Positions 10,913 through 24,680 of a stretch of DNA of 64,000 bases are shown here, piece by piece. Below the pieces are notes generated by a model. The model searched no databases, was not told where the DNA came from, and saw nothing but the letters and a program-made list of their open reading frames with translations. Source of the DNA: Dendrobates tinctorius (lineage: Eukaryota). Location: the NCBI RefSeq assembly GCF_039654945.1, contig NW_027361723.1, forward strand, positions 2,604,001 to 2,668,000, read 5' to 3'. The stretch's first letter is position 1, and each line of letters begins with the position of its first letter. The position numbers were made by a program, and so were the translations under genes.

Positions 10913-11548
10913 ATGATGGCAGAGACCGCGCCAGCCGCCGCTCCTCCTCCTCCCGCTGAACCAGCCACCAAATCCAAGAAGCAGCCGAAAAAATCCTCCG
11001 CAGGGGGCGCCAAGAAGAGCAAAAAGCCCTCTGGCCCCAGCGTGTCCGAGCTGATCGTCAAAGCCGTGTCCGCTTCCAAGGAGCGCAGCGGGGTGTCTCT
11101 GGCCGCCCTGAAGAAGGCTCTGGCTGCTGGAGGGTACGATGTGGAGAGGAATAACAGCCGCCTGAAGCTGGCCGTCAGGGGTCTGGTCACCAAGGGTGCC
11201 CTGTTCCAGGTGAAGGGCAGCGGCGCCTCCGGGTCATTCAAGCTGAACAAGAAGCCGGAGACCAAGGACAAGAAGAAGCAGGCGCCTGCGGCCAAAGCCA
11301 AGAAACCAGCAGCCAAGAAAGCTGCAAAATCCCCGAAGAAGCCTCCGACCGCGGCCAAGAAGAGCCCGAAAAAGGCCAAGAAGCCCACAGCAGCCAAAAA
11401 AGCAGCTAAGAGCCCCAAAAAGCCGAAGGCTGCTCTGAAGCCTAAGAAGGTGACAAAGAGCCCCGCTAAGAAGGCGGCGAAACCCAAAGCTGCCAGGAGT
11501 CCGGCTAAGAAGGCGGCTAAAGCCAAGAAGCCCGCGGCCAAGAAATAA
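10913..11548 (+). CDS. H1: Linker histone H1 (somatic, replication-dependent type)
   Basis: AETAP N-terminus, globular domain ([12 protein letters not shown]...[11 protein letters not shown]), K/A/P-rich tail with SPKK motifs. Confidence 0.98.
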   Translation: MMAETAPAAAPPPPAEPATKSKKQPKKSSAGGAKKSKKPSGPSVSELIVKAVSASKERSGVSLAALKKALAAGGYDVERNNSRLKLAVRGLVTKGALFQVKGSGASGSFKLNKKPETKDKKKQAPAAKAKKPAAKKAAKSPKKPPTAAKKSPKKAKKPTAAKKAAKSPKKPKAALKPKKVTKSPAKKAAKPKAARSPAKKAAKAKKPAAKK

Positions 11549-11577
11549 GCGGAGCCGCCCTGTCCTCATCCCACAAA

Positions 11578-11615
11578 TGCTCTTATCAGAGCCACCACCT
11601 CCCTGCAGAGCTGTA
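11578..11615 (+). terminator. H1 stem-loop (basal pair mismatched) and HDE
   Basis: TGCTCT-TATC-AGAGCC-ACCAC, then AGAGCTGTA at 11607-11615. Confidence 0.8.
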
Positions 11616-14223
11616 TGATCAGTGCCACCACCTTATCCTCAGCAGAGCTGTATGATCAGTGCCACCACCTTGCCCTCAGCAAAGCTGTATGATCAGTGCC
11701 ACCACCTTGCCCTCAGCAAAGCTGTATGATCAGTGCCATCACCTCCCTGCAGAGCTGTATGATCAGTGCCCTCACCTCCCTGCAGAGCTGTATGATCAGT
11801 GCCATCACCTCCCTGCAGAGCTGTATGTTCAGTGCCATCACCTCCCTGCAGAGCTGTATGATCAGTGCCATCACCTCCCTGCAGAGCTGTATGATCAGTG
11901 CGACCACCTCCCTGCAGAGCTGTATGATCGGTGCCACCTCCTCCCTGCAGAACTATGATCAGTGCCATCACCTTCCTGCAGAGCTGTATGATCGGTGCCA
12001 CCTCCTCCCTGCAGAACTGTATGATCAGTGCCACCACCTTGTCCTCAGCAGAGCTGTATGATCAGTGCCATCACCTCATCCCTGCAGAGCTGTATGATCA
12101 GTGCCACCACCTTATCCTCAGCAGAGCTGTATGATCAGTGCCACCACCTTGCCCTCAGCAAAGCTGTATGATCAGTGCCATCACCTCCTCCCTGCAGAGC
12201 TGTATGTTCAGTGCCCTCACCTCCCTGCAGAGCTGTATGTTCAGTGCCATCACCTCCCTGCAGAGCTGTATGATCAGTGCCATCACCTCCCTGCAGAGCT
12301 GTATGATCAGTGCCATCACCTCCCTGCAGAGCTGTATGATCAGTGCCATCACCTCCCTGCAGAGCTGTATGATCGGTGCCACCTCCTCCCTGCAGAACTG
12401 TATGATCAGTGCCACCACCTTGTCCTCAGCAGAGCTGTATGATCAGTGCCATCACCTCATCCCTGCAGAGCTGTATGTTCAGTGCCACCACCTTGTCCTC
12501 AGCAGAGCTGTATGATCAGTGCCATCACCTCCCTGCAGAGCTGTATGATCGGTGCCACCACCTTATCCTCAGCAGAGCTGTATGATTAGTGCCACCACCT
12601 TGCCCTCAGCAAAGCTGTATGATCAGTGCCACCACCTTGCCCTCAGCAAAGCTGTATGATCAGTGCCATCACCTCCCTGCAGAGCTGTATGATCAGTGCC
12701 CTCACCTCCCTGCAGAGCTGTATGATCAGTGCCATCACCTCCCTGCAGAGCTGTATGATCAGTGCCATCACCTCCCTGCAGAGCTGTATGATCAGTGCCA
12801 TCACCTCCCTGCAGAGCTGTATGATCAGTGCGACCACCTCCCTGCAGAGCTGTATGATCGGTGCCACCTCCTCCCTGCAGAACTGTATGATCAGTGCCAT
12901 CACCTTCCTGCAGAGCTGTATGATCGGTGCCACCTCCTCCCTGCAGAACTGTATGATCAGTGCCACCACCTTGTCCTCAGCAGAGCTGTATGATCAGTGC
13001 CATCACCTCATCCCTGCAGAGCTGTATGATCAGTGCCACCACCTTATCCTCAGCAGAGCTGTATGATCAGTGCCACCACCTTGCCCTCAGCAAAGCTGTA
13101 TGATCAGTGCCATCACCTCCTCCCTGCAGAGCTGTATGTTCAGTGCCCTCACCTCCCTGCAGAGCTGTATGTTCAGTGCCATCACCTCCCTGCAGAGCTG
13201 TATGATCAGTGCCATCACCTCCCTGCAGAGCTGTATGATCAGTGCCATCACCTCCCTGCAGAGCTGTATGATCAGTGCCATCACCTCCCTGCAGAGCTGT
13301 ATGATCGGTGCCACCTCCTCCCTGCAGAACTGTATGATCAGTGCCATCACCTTCCTGCAGAGCTGTATGATCGGTGCCACCTCCTCCCTGCAGAACTGTA
13401 TGATCAGTGCCACCACCTTGTCCTCAGCAGAGCTGTATGATCAGTGCCATCACCTCATCCCTGCAGAGCTGTATGTTCAGTGCCACCACCTTGTCCTCAG
13501 CAGAGCTGTATGATCGGTGCCACCACCTCCCTGCAGAACTGTATGATCAGTGCCACCACCTTGTCCTCAGCAGAGCTGTATGATCAGTGCCATCACCTCC
13601 CTGCAGAGCTGTATGACCAGTGCCACCACCTCCTCCCTGCAGAACTGTATGATCAGTGCCACCACCTTGTCCTCAGCAGAGCTGTATGATCAGTGCCATC
13701 ACCTCATCCCTGCAGAGCTGTATGATCAGTGCCATTACCTCCCTGTAGAGCTGTATGACCAGTGCCACCACCTCCTCCCTGCAGAACTGTATGATCAGTG
13801 CCACCACCTTGTCCTCAGCAGAGCTGTATGATCGGTGCCATCACCTTCCTGCAGAGCTGTATGATCAGTGCCATCACCTCCCTGCAGAGCTGTATGATCT
13901 GTGCCATCACCTCCCTGCAGAGCTGTATGATCGGTGCCACCACCTCCCTGCAGAGCTGTATGACCAGTGCCACCACCTCCTCCCTGCAGAACTGTATGAT
14001 CAGTGCCACCACCTTGTCCTCAGCAGAGCTGTATGATCAGTGCCATCACCTCATCCCTGCAGAGCTGTATGATCAGTGCCATTACCTCCCTGTAGAGCTG
14101 TATGACCAGTGCCACCACCTCCTCCCTGCAGAACTGTATGATCAGTGCCACCACCTTGTCCTCAGCAGAGCTGTATGATCGGTGCCACCACCTCCTCCCT
14201 GCAGAGCTGTACGATCAGTGCCA
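11585..14223 (+). repeat. 33-37-bp minisatellite (~75 units) derived from the H1 3'-processing signal
   Basis: Unit ATCAGTGCCA(T/C)CACCTCCCTGCAGAGCTGTATG. The first unit is the loop and 3' arm of the H1 stem-loop plus the HDE. Higher-order period ~930 bp. Confidence 0.95.
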
Positions 14224-14614
14224 GTACATTATATAATTGATGCTGGGCGCAGTGTCAGGATGGATAGTTGTGATCTGTTGCTAATACGAGCTCTGCACTG
14301 TACAGCGCTGTGTACACGGATACGGCCGTGCATTTACGTCAGTGGCGTCTGCTCCATATTCCGTGTGTAAGGATGATGTGAACCGCCTCGGAGGAGGCGG
14401 GGACAACAGGGGGCGGGGTTACTGAGAGGGAGGCGGAGTTGCTCTACACAATGATTGGTTAAACGCATCAAGTCCTTATTGGCTTCTTTTTTTTATGACA
14501 CAACCAGTGGCGTGCAGGGGGCGTGTTTCCTATAGCCCAATGAGGACGCGCCCTGGAGCATAAATACCCTTCTCCCGCCGCTCAGCTCATCACATCTGTT
14601 CATCTCTACATTGA

Positions 14615-15028
<414 letters not shown>

Positions 15029-15057
15029 ATCTTCCCGGGCTCTAACCACAACACAAA

Positions 15058-15073
15058 GGCTCTTTTCAGAGCC
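15058..15073 (+). terminator. Histone 3' stem-loop (H3)
   Basis: Canonical GGCTCTTTTCAGAGCC-ACCA; HDE ATGAGCTG at ~15091. Confidence 0.93.
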
Positions 15074-16439
15074 ACCAAATCTTTCCAAAAATGAGCTGAG
15101 TCCTGAACTACCGGTTTATGTGCGTGTTCTACATATACGGATCGCACTCTCTAAGGAATAGATGGTGGCTGCGGTTTCTGATATCACAGGTGATTGCTGA
15201 GCGATAACTGAAATCTCACGTTTCTCTATTCTCATCCATTGTAAAACATGCGGCGTCTATAACATAACCAACGTTAATATAGGGAGAGGGGTAAGGTGTG
15301 TATACCCTCAGAGTGTGGTGAATTTCTATACTGTGATGTAGCCTCTAAAAATTCTGGGCCTTGCCGCACCTGGAAAAATAAGGTGCAAAAAATACAAAGA
15401 AATTTTTTGTCCTCTTTTTGTGGCTTTGCTTTTAAGTTTAGTGTTAGGACTCGCGAGCGTGAGGAGCCCTGACGTGGCTGCGAGCTTGTATATCTTGGCC
15501 AAAATATCGGCCAATACCTAACATGTTTCTGTGTATTTTTTGCACCTCATTTTTCCGGGTTCAGCCGCCTGATCTAATAGTAGGGGCGTCACTAATATGC
15601 TGTAAGCCGGACACCATGCGTTACCTGTGTGTGACCAGCGCCCTGTACAAGCAGATTCTGTGCAATCTAATACTAACAATCCCCCCTCCATGGGTTGGGA
15701 GTGGTCTCATCAGTATTCTGCACCTGTGTTGCCGCCATCTTAACTACAAGGGTCTGCTGCATCCTGAGAGGGAGTTTGTTCTGAGACCTGGGCAGGTAAG
15801 TACTGCTGACCATTTTCTCCTGTATTCTTGAATTTTTGGAGGATTTTCAATCCTCTTTTTGTGGCTTTGCTGTTAAGTTCACTGATACATGGGCTCCACA
15901 GGATAGGTGATCACTTATGTCCGACCATTAGAAACTGCACCGATTGGAAGAATGAGGACGTTTTTTCCCCATTTGAAAATGCAGCAGCAGGTGAGATGTC
16001 TGACCGCACCTCCATTCATTCTTTTTGGGGCATTAAGAAAAAACAAGTGCAGTCACTGAGACAATGAATGGATCAGTGAACAAGTTTCACATGAGATCCA
16101 ATCTAATGGGGATCAAAGCTCCACATTTTGTCGATCAGTGTCAGTCCAAGCAGTCAGACCCCATCAATCAGTATGTTATCGCTTATCCTGTTGAATTGAT
16201 TACTTTTTTCACTGGAGAAATTCTATAAGTGCATCTCAGCCGCTGTGTACCAATTGCCATTAGTGATTATATACTTTAAAATTCTTCTTCTAATCAACAT
16301 CTGAGAGAAAAAATGACCGCCATATATAACACAGTCCACTATACCGAGACCAATAATGCCACATACAAGAAGAAATATCACCACCTCCAGACCACATACT
16401 GATCATGAATGCAAACCATGACACTAGCAGCACTGTTAT

Positions 16440-16765
16440 TACCACCAGTGACATTATATACAGGAGCTCTGTATATAGTGTCAGTGTACAGGTAATACAG
16501 TGATCACTGGTGACACTGTACACAGGAGCTCTGTATATAGTGTCAGTGTACAGATAATACAGTGATCACTGGTGACATTATACACAGGAGCTCTGTGTAT
16601 AGTGTCAGTGTACAGGTAATACAGTGATCACTGGTGACACTGTACACAGGAGCTCTGTATATAGTGTCAGTGTACAGATAATACAGTGATCACTGGTGAC
16701 ATTATACACAGGAGCTCTGTATATAGTGTCAGTGTACAGGTAATACAGTGATCACCAGTAACATT
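16440..16765. repeat. ~61-bp minisatellite (inverse of 1-460)
   Basis: About 5 tandem units, ending at the CR1 3' tail. Confidence 0.9.
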
Positions 16766-19700
16766 ACATAGTAACATAGTTTTGAAGGCTGAAGGAAGAC
16801 CTTATGTCCCTCTAGTTCAGCCTATTTTTACTGCATTGTTGATCCTGGGGAAGGCAAAAAACCCACAGAGTAGAAGCCAATTTTCTCCATAGGGAAAAAA
16901 ATTCCTTCCCCTAAGCTGGGTCAACCATCTACCTGTAATATTCTGTTATTTGTAACCTTCTATACTGTTACTCACAAGAAAAGCCTCCATTCCTTTCTTA
17001 CATTCATTCAGTGAGTTGGCCATCACCACTTTCTCAGGAAGAGAATTCCAGAGCCTCACTGCTCTTACTGTGAAGAACCCTCTTCTATGCTGGTGCAGAA
17101 ATTGTCTTTCCTCCAAACGAAGAGAATGCCCCCTTGTTCTTGGCACAGTCCTTGGTACAAACAGTTCATTGGAGAGATCTCTGTATTGCCCTCTGATATA
17201 CTTGTACATATATATTAAGTCTCCCCTAAGTCTTCTCTTTTCTAGAGTAAATAGACCTAATTTTGATAACCTTTCTGGGTATTGTAGTGAACCAACTCCA
17301 TTTATCATTTTAGTAGCCGCCTTTGAACCCTTTCAAGTTCAGTAATGTCTTTCTTGAGCACCGGCGTCCAAAATTGCACACAATCCTCCAAGTGTGGTCC
17401 GACGAGTGATTTGTACGGAGGGAGATTTATGTTTTCATCTCGTGTCCCCAGACCTCTTCTAATGCCTCCCATGACCCTATTTGCTTTGGTGGCAGCTGCC
17501 TGACACTGGGCACTCCAATTTAGCTTCTTATTGACTAAGATGCCCAAGTCTTTTTCCATGTCTGATTTCCCCAGCAGTTTCCCATTTAGTAAATAATTGT
17601 AGCATCTGTTTCTCCTTCCCATGTGCATAACCTTACACTTATCTGGGTTAAACCTCATTTGCCATTTTTCAGCCCAATTCTGCAATTTACTCAAATCTGT
17701 CTGTAGTTGCAAACTGTCCTCCATTTTGTTAACTCCCTTACATAGTTTTGTATCATCTGCAAATACTGATATTTTACTGTGTAAGCCATCCACTAGATCA
17801 TTAATAAATATATTACATAGTAGGGGGCCCAATACAGACCCCTGTGGTCCCCCACTAGTAACCCTGGCCCAATCTGAGGATGCCCCATTAATAACCACTC
17901 TTTGTTTTCTATCACTAAGCCAGCTACCTACCCATCTACACACATTTTCCCCGAGCTTTCTCATCTCGCTTACCAATCTTTTATGTGGGACAGTGTCACA
18001 TGCTGTAGAGAAGTCGAGATAAATGACATCCAATGATTCTCCTGGGTCCATTTGAGAGCTTACATCCTCATAGAAGCTGATCAGGTTAGTCTGACAGGAG
18101 CGATCCTTCAAAAATCCATGTTGATATGGAGTTAAACATTTATTAACAGTGAGATATTCCATAATGGTTTCCCTTAGAAACCCTTCACAAATTTTACCCA
18201 CAGCAGATGTTCAGCTTACTGGCCTATAGTTTCCAGGTTCCTTTTTACACCCCTTTTTGAATATTGGTACCACATTTGCTTGCCGCCAATCAAAAGGAAC
18301 AGACCCTGCTTCTATAGAGTCTTTAAATATAAGGAATAGAGGCCTGTCTATCACATTACTTAACTCCCTTAATACCCGAGGGTGAATGCCATCAGGGCCT
18401 GGTGATTTGTCCATTTTAATCATACTAACCCCTTAATGTCCAATGACGGACACAGTCCGTCATCGGACATCTCCCCTGCTTTGATGAGGGCTCCGGCGGT
18501 GAGTGCGCCTATGTGCCCGCAATAGGCGCGAGCGGAATCGCCGTCCGCCCGCGCCTATTAACTAGTTAAATGCCGCTGTCAAAGCTGACAGCGTGCATTT
18601 AAATAGCATTTCTGGCCGCCGGGCCGGAAATGACGTCACCGCCGACCCCCGTCACGTGATCGGGGGTCGGCTTCATGTTGTCTGGACAACCAGAGGTCTC
18701 TATGAGACCTCTATGGTTGTTGCAGGCATATGGCTTTCAGCGCCACCCAGTGGTCGGCGCTGAAAGCACAGCAGTAAATCTGCCACATATGGGCGATCTG
18801 CCCAACGCCCATATGTAGCAGAGCCGATCGGGTTGCGCAAGCTTCTAGCCTCCTATGGAGGCTATTGAAGCATGCCAAAAGTAAAAAAAAAAAATGTTTA
18901 AAAATAAAAAAAAATTAAAAAAACCTAAAAGTTCAAATTACCCCCCCTTTCGCCCCAATCAAAATAAAACAGTAAAAAAAAAATCCCACATACACATATT
19001 AGGTATCGCCGCGTTCAGAATCGCCCGATCTATCAAGAAAAAAAAAGCATTAACCCGATCGCTAAACGGCGTAGCGAGAAAAAAATTAAAAATGCCAGAA
19101 TTACGTTTTTTTGGTCACCAAGACATTGCATTAAAATGCAATAACGGGCGATCAAAAGAACGTATCTGCACAAAAGTGGTGTCATTAAAAACGTCAGTCT
19201 GGCACAGAAAAAATAAGCCCCACCCGACCCCAGATCATGAAAAATGGAGACGCTACGGGTCTCGGAAAATTGCGCAAATTTTTTTTTTTTTTTTTAGCAA
19301 ACTTTGGAATTTTTTTTCACCACTTAGATAAAAGAGGACATAGACATGTTTGGTGTCTATGAACTCGTAATGACCTGGAGAATCATAATGGTAGGTCAGA
19401 TTTAGCATCTAGTGAACCTAACAAAAAAGCCAAGCAAAAAACAAGTGTGGGATTGCACTTTTTTTGCAATTTCACCGCACTTGGAATTTTTTTTCCCGTT
19501 TTCGAGTACACGATATGGTAAAACCAATGATGTCATTTAAAAGTACAACTCGTCCCGCAAAAAATAAGCCCTCACATGGCCATATACACGGTAAAATAAA
19601 AAAGTTATGGCTCTGGAAAGAAGGGGAGGGAAAAATGAAAATGTAAAACCAAAAATACCCCTGGTCATTAAGGGGCTAAGGCGGTTCTGCACTTCTTCCT

Positions 19701-20222
19701 GGGTTAGGCAGGTAATATTTAATGGGGAGTTTACATTATCGCTCTGCATTTCCCCTGGCAAATCCTTTTCCTGTGCGAACACTGTTGAGAAAAAGTATTT
19801 AAAACATTTGCTTTTCCCACATCGCTCTCTATGATTTCACGCTCATTGTTCTTTAAAGGGCCGACACCATCAATTTTAATCTTTTTACTGTTTATATAAT
19901 TAAAGAATAGTTTGGGATTTGTTTTACTTTCCTTAGCAATGAGTCTCTCAGTTTCCACTTTTGCTAAATGATTATGTTTTTTACACATTGTATTTTTTCT
20001 CTATAACTTTTTAATGCTTCTTCATTGCCTTCTTGTTTTAGCTTCCTAAATGCCTTGTTCTTGTTCTTTATTGCCCTTTTTACATCCTTATTTAGCCACA
20101 TTGGTGTTCTCCTGTTCCTAGCCCTTTTATTTCTGTACGGTATGGCTAGCTCGCAGTGGGTGTGTAAAACTGATTTAAATGTTTCCCATTTATTTTCTGT
20201 GCTCCTATTTTTGAGGACATTT
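16766..20222 (-). mobile_element. CR1 LINE, 5'-truncated, with frameshifted ORF2
   Basis: KSPGPDGIHPRVL, NYRPVSL, QHGF, YLDFS and FADD RT motifs spread over split ORFs; ACTATGTT-type 3' tail. Confidence 0.93.
18429..19675. mobile_element. piggyBac-type non-autonomous element inserted in CR1
   Basis: TIRs CCCCTTAATGTCCA / TGGTCATTAAGGGG with CTAA on both sides. Removing it restores the CR1 frame EVQNRLSMIKMDKSPG. Confidence 0.85.
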
Positions 20223-20574
20223 AAAAAAAAAAAAAAATGGCTGTTTGCGGCCATTTAATGCTCAATACCCGCTATATAGCTACGACTCCCATTAATACAC
20301 TGCAGTGTACCCTCAGAGTGCAGTAAATGTCTATACTGTGATGTAGCCTCTATAAAGCGCTCTAGATATTTCATCCATACAGTAATTCCTGACCCATATA
20401 GCGCTGTATATCCAGGTAACCATCTGTTTTAACCACTGATGTCACATAACACCACAAAATACCCGCAATCTCCCTCCCTGGCCACATCACACAGCGGAGA
20501 TCATAGCTTTTTCTAAGTAGATGTGGGCTGCTCTGATAAGAGCCTTTGGGGGGTGAGGATGGAGCGGAGACGCA

Positions 20575-20909
<335 letters not shown>

Positions 20910-22257
20910 CTATGACTGATGAGCGCAGAGTCCTTCCTTTATATAGAAGGTTGCGGACCGGAGCGAGGACTGGCGAGATGACGTATTTCCGGGGCGGGAT
21001 TTCAAGTATGGAATTCGCAGTTAGCTCCTCCCCTTCTCATCTGATTGGCTGAGCACAAGACAGTTGGCGATTTTGAATTTCCCGCTCTTATTTTGTAGTT
21101 TTTCCCGCTTCTGTATTTGTGTAAGAGTCAATAAAACTCCTCATCTCGGCGCCGCTGCTGCTCGGAGACACAAAATTATTTGTTTCTCCATTAATGTCAA
21201 TGTGAGATTCAGGCTGGAAATTAATCAATCTCTGGGAGATCATCATCGATCAGACGCCTCCACCGGGCTGGAGAGGAAAGGGTGGGTGACATCGGAGGAA
21301 AATCAGCTGCTGCCCGGTAAGTTACCTGGTTGTCTCCACACACGGATCTGTGATGACCTTTCCTATAGAGAAATCATGCGGACAACCTCTAATGACCGCA
21401 GAGAAACAGAGGAGCAAAACTCCGCCGTCAGGAACCAACCAAACCGCAAAAACGACTTCCACCTCTATTTAACGCTCACATGCGATCACCACATCCAGCT
21501 GATCACAGACTCCTGTATAAAGGGGACTAAATCTCAGAAGAGACAGAACAATGTCGGACTACAGACCTCTGACCGTACAGGAACGAAGGGACCTCATGGA
21601 TTGGTCTTCCTCTGACAATGGAGGCATCAGGACCCCGGAGCAGACCTCAGTCACAGGGCAGTGAAGCCCCCGCCCTCCTCCTGGACGAGCTGCTGCAGGG
21701 TTTATGGCCACAGCTGCTCCTCTCCTCACAGTTCTGCTTCTCATCACTCGTCTTCTCGGCTGGATGATTTCTGTGTTGTGGATAAATAGGAGACTCCTCA
21801 GATCGTTACCCGCAGCCTGATGAACAGACCTGAGGAGTCTCCACAGCTGCAATCCACCAGCTCTTCACTCCGCCATTAAGGTCTCAACCTCTGAGGACAT
21901 AAACTGTAACACTTCATCCAGCTGTAACTCCAGGGTAAAGTCTCCATGTGGCGACAAGTCTCTGGAGCTGCGGATACTATGGCTGTGGATGGGAGGAAGT
22001 GTGGAGCATGCGGGGCTGTCAGTACATTCCTCTCACTACCACCCTCATCATCCTCACCTCCAGCCCTGCGCTTCATAACTGCAGATGTAAGTGGTGTCTG
22101 TCTCCCGCCCCAGTGCGCAGGAGCTGCCGGTCAGGAGAAACCGCTACAGATGTGAGATCAAGACAAGGACCTAAAAAAAAGCAGCGGAGGAGCAGCTCTT
22201 ATGGTGAGGGGGTGGGCGGCTCTTAGAAGAGCCTTTGGGGTGATGGCGGAGCNNNNN

Positions 22258-23368
<1,111 letters not shown>

Positions 23369-23400
23369 GCGCTGCCGCCGATCCCACCTACACAACCAAA

Positions 23401-23416
23401 GGCTCTTCTAAGAGCC
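23401..23416 (+). terminator. Histone 3' stem-loop (H2A)
   Basis: GGCTCT-TCTA-AGAGCC-ACCCA; HDE CAGAGCTG at ~23434. Confidence 0.93.
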
Positions 23417-24298
23417 ACCCACCCCGTCACCACCAGAGCTGACGCCGCTGATCTCGGGTCCTCACGTTCCAGACACCACGGGCTGCCGCCACCAGTCTGT
23501 AGGTTGCTGCGCACACTGGAATCCGCTGTGCGGTTTCTACCCAAAACACTGGAGTGTCGGGAGATGAATGGGATAATATCATATGAAGCCTCAGACCTGT
23601 GGGGGGAGAGGAGTCCCTCATTAGTGTCTGATCCTCCGGCCCCTGACATCGCTGTGGAGATAACACGCAGTGATCACGTATCGGGGGGGGAGTTGGCGGC
23701 CGCTGCCGGCGATTCTACACATCAGTGACTGCGGCTCCTCCCGGAGGACGATCCCGTGATGGCGGCTCTGGAGGGCTGGACTCAGCGCGGTTCTCGGGTG
23801 ACCGGATTGTGATCTCCGCTGTCAGCCGTGACCGGTAGTAATCCTCCGCGGAACAAGAGCGGGAACTTCAAATCCCCCAACGGATCCTGTGATCAGACAA
23901 TGAGCGGGAATCCTCGGTAAAGCGCCGTCCTCACTGACGTACATACACGTCTTTCCTCCTCCGTTTAACTCCTTACTTGCCGTGTTGCTGCTGATCTCCC
24001 CTTATTTAGCAGTGTCCACAGATGCGGCACCTTCTCCCCAGCCCCCGGCAGCGCTCACATCGGGCTCCTCCAGAGCATCTGCTGCTTGCAGCCCCCTGTA
24101 ATCACTGCAGACACAACTGGGAGTCCTGATAATACTTACTAAAAGGGTTAACCCCACAATAGTGTAGTGTAATCAGCCGCAGGCTTCACTGAACAAATAC
24201 TAAGTAACGCAGAAAAATAAGAATTAATAAAGCCAATAAACCACGAATCCTCCTGCTTTTCTTTCATTGCTAAAATATCACAGATCAAAGCATCATAC

Positions 24299-24545
24299 CT
24301 AGTGAGGAGCGAGCAGTAAAGAGCTCGGGTGCTCGTTCGGGTTGAGCAAATTTGAATACTCAGGTACTTGGACAGAACAACGAGCCCAATGTAAGTGCAT
24401 GGGAGACCCCAGCATTTCTACATGGATCCCCCCCGAGGGTCCTTTTCAGGTCTAAAAACATCTGAAAATGATGGAAACACTGCTGCAATGACAGGGGACA
24501 TCATGGGGATCACCCCTGGAAGCATTCCTGACTCCTAGGTCACAG
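24299..24545 (+). mobile_element. Degenerate hAT-like terminal fragment
   Basis: TAGTGAGGAGCG start and a CCCAATGTAAGT-CATGGG subterminal motif shared with the hAT ends in this window; no matching other end. Confidence 0.45.
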
Positions 24546-24680
24546 CTTTATCATTGTAGCATTTACCAACCCTAGGTGGCCATGTGGTGTGTGACACATA
24601 AGCAGACACATCTTGTTTCATTTATGAGGAGGGACTCTGAAAGACAAGTGTAAAGATCGATGTTTCAAATATATCCCTAC

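Noticed and set aside
10909-11541. Long antisense ORFs over H1, H3, H4 and H2A
   Set aside because: By-products of GC-rich histone codon usage.
11585-14223. CRISPR-like array, or repeat-protein ORFs (LPAELYDQCHH)
   Set aside because: No unique spacers and no cas genes, in a eukaryotic context. The ORFs are open in several frames and on both strands only because the 33-bp unit lacks stops.
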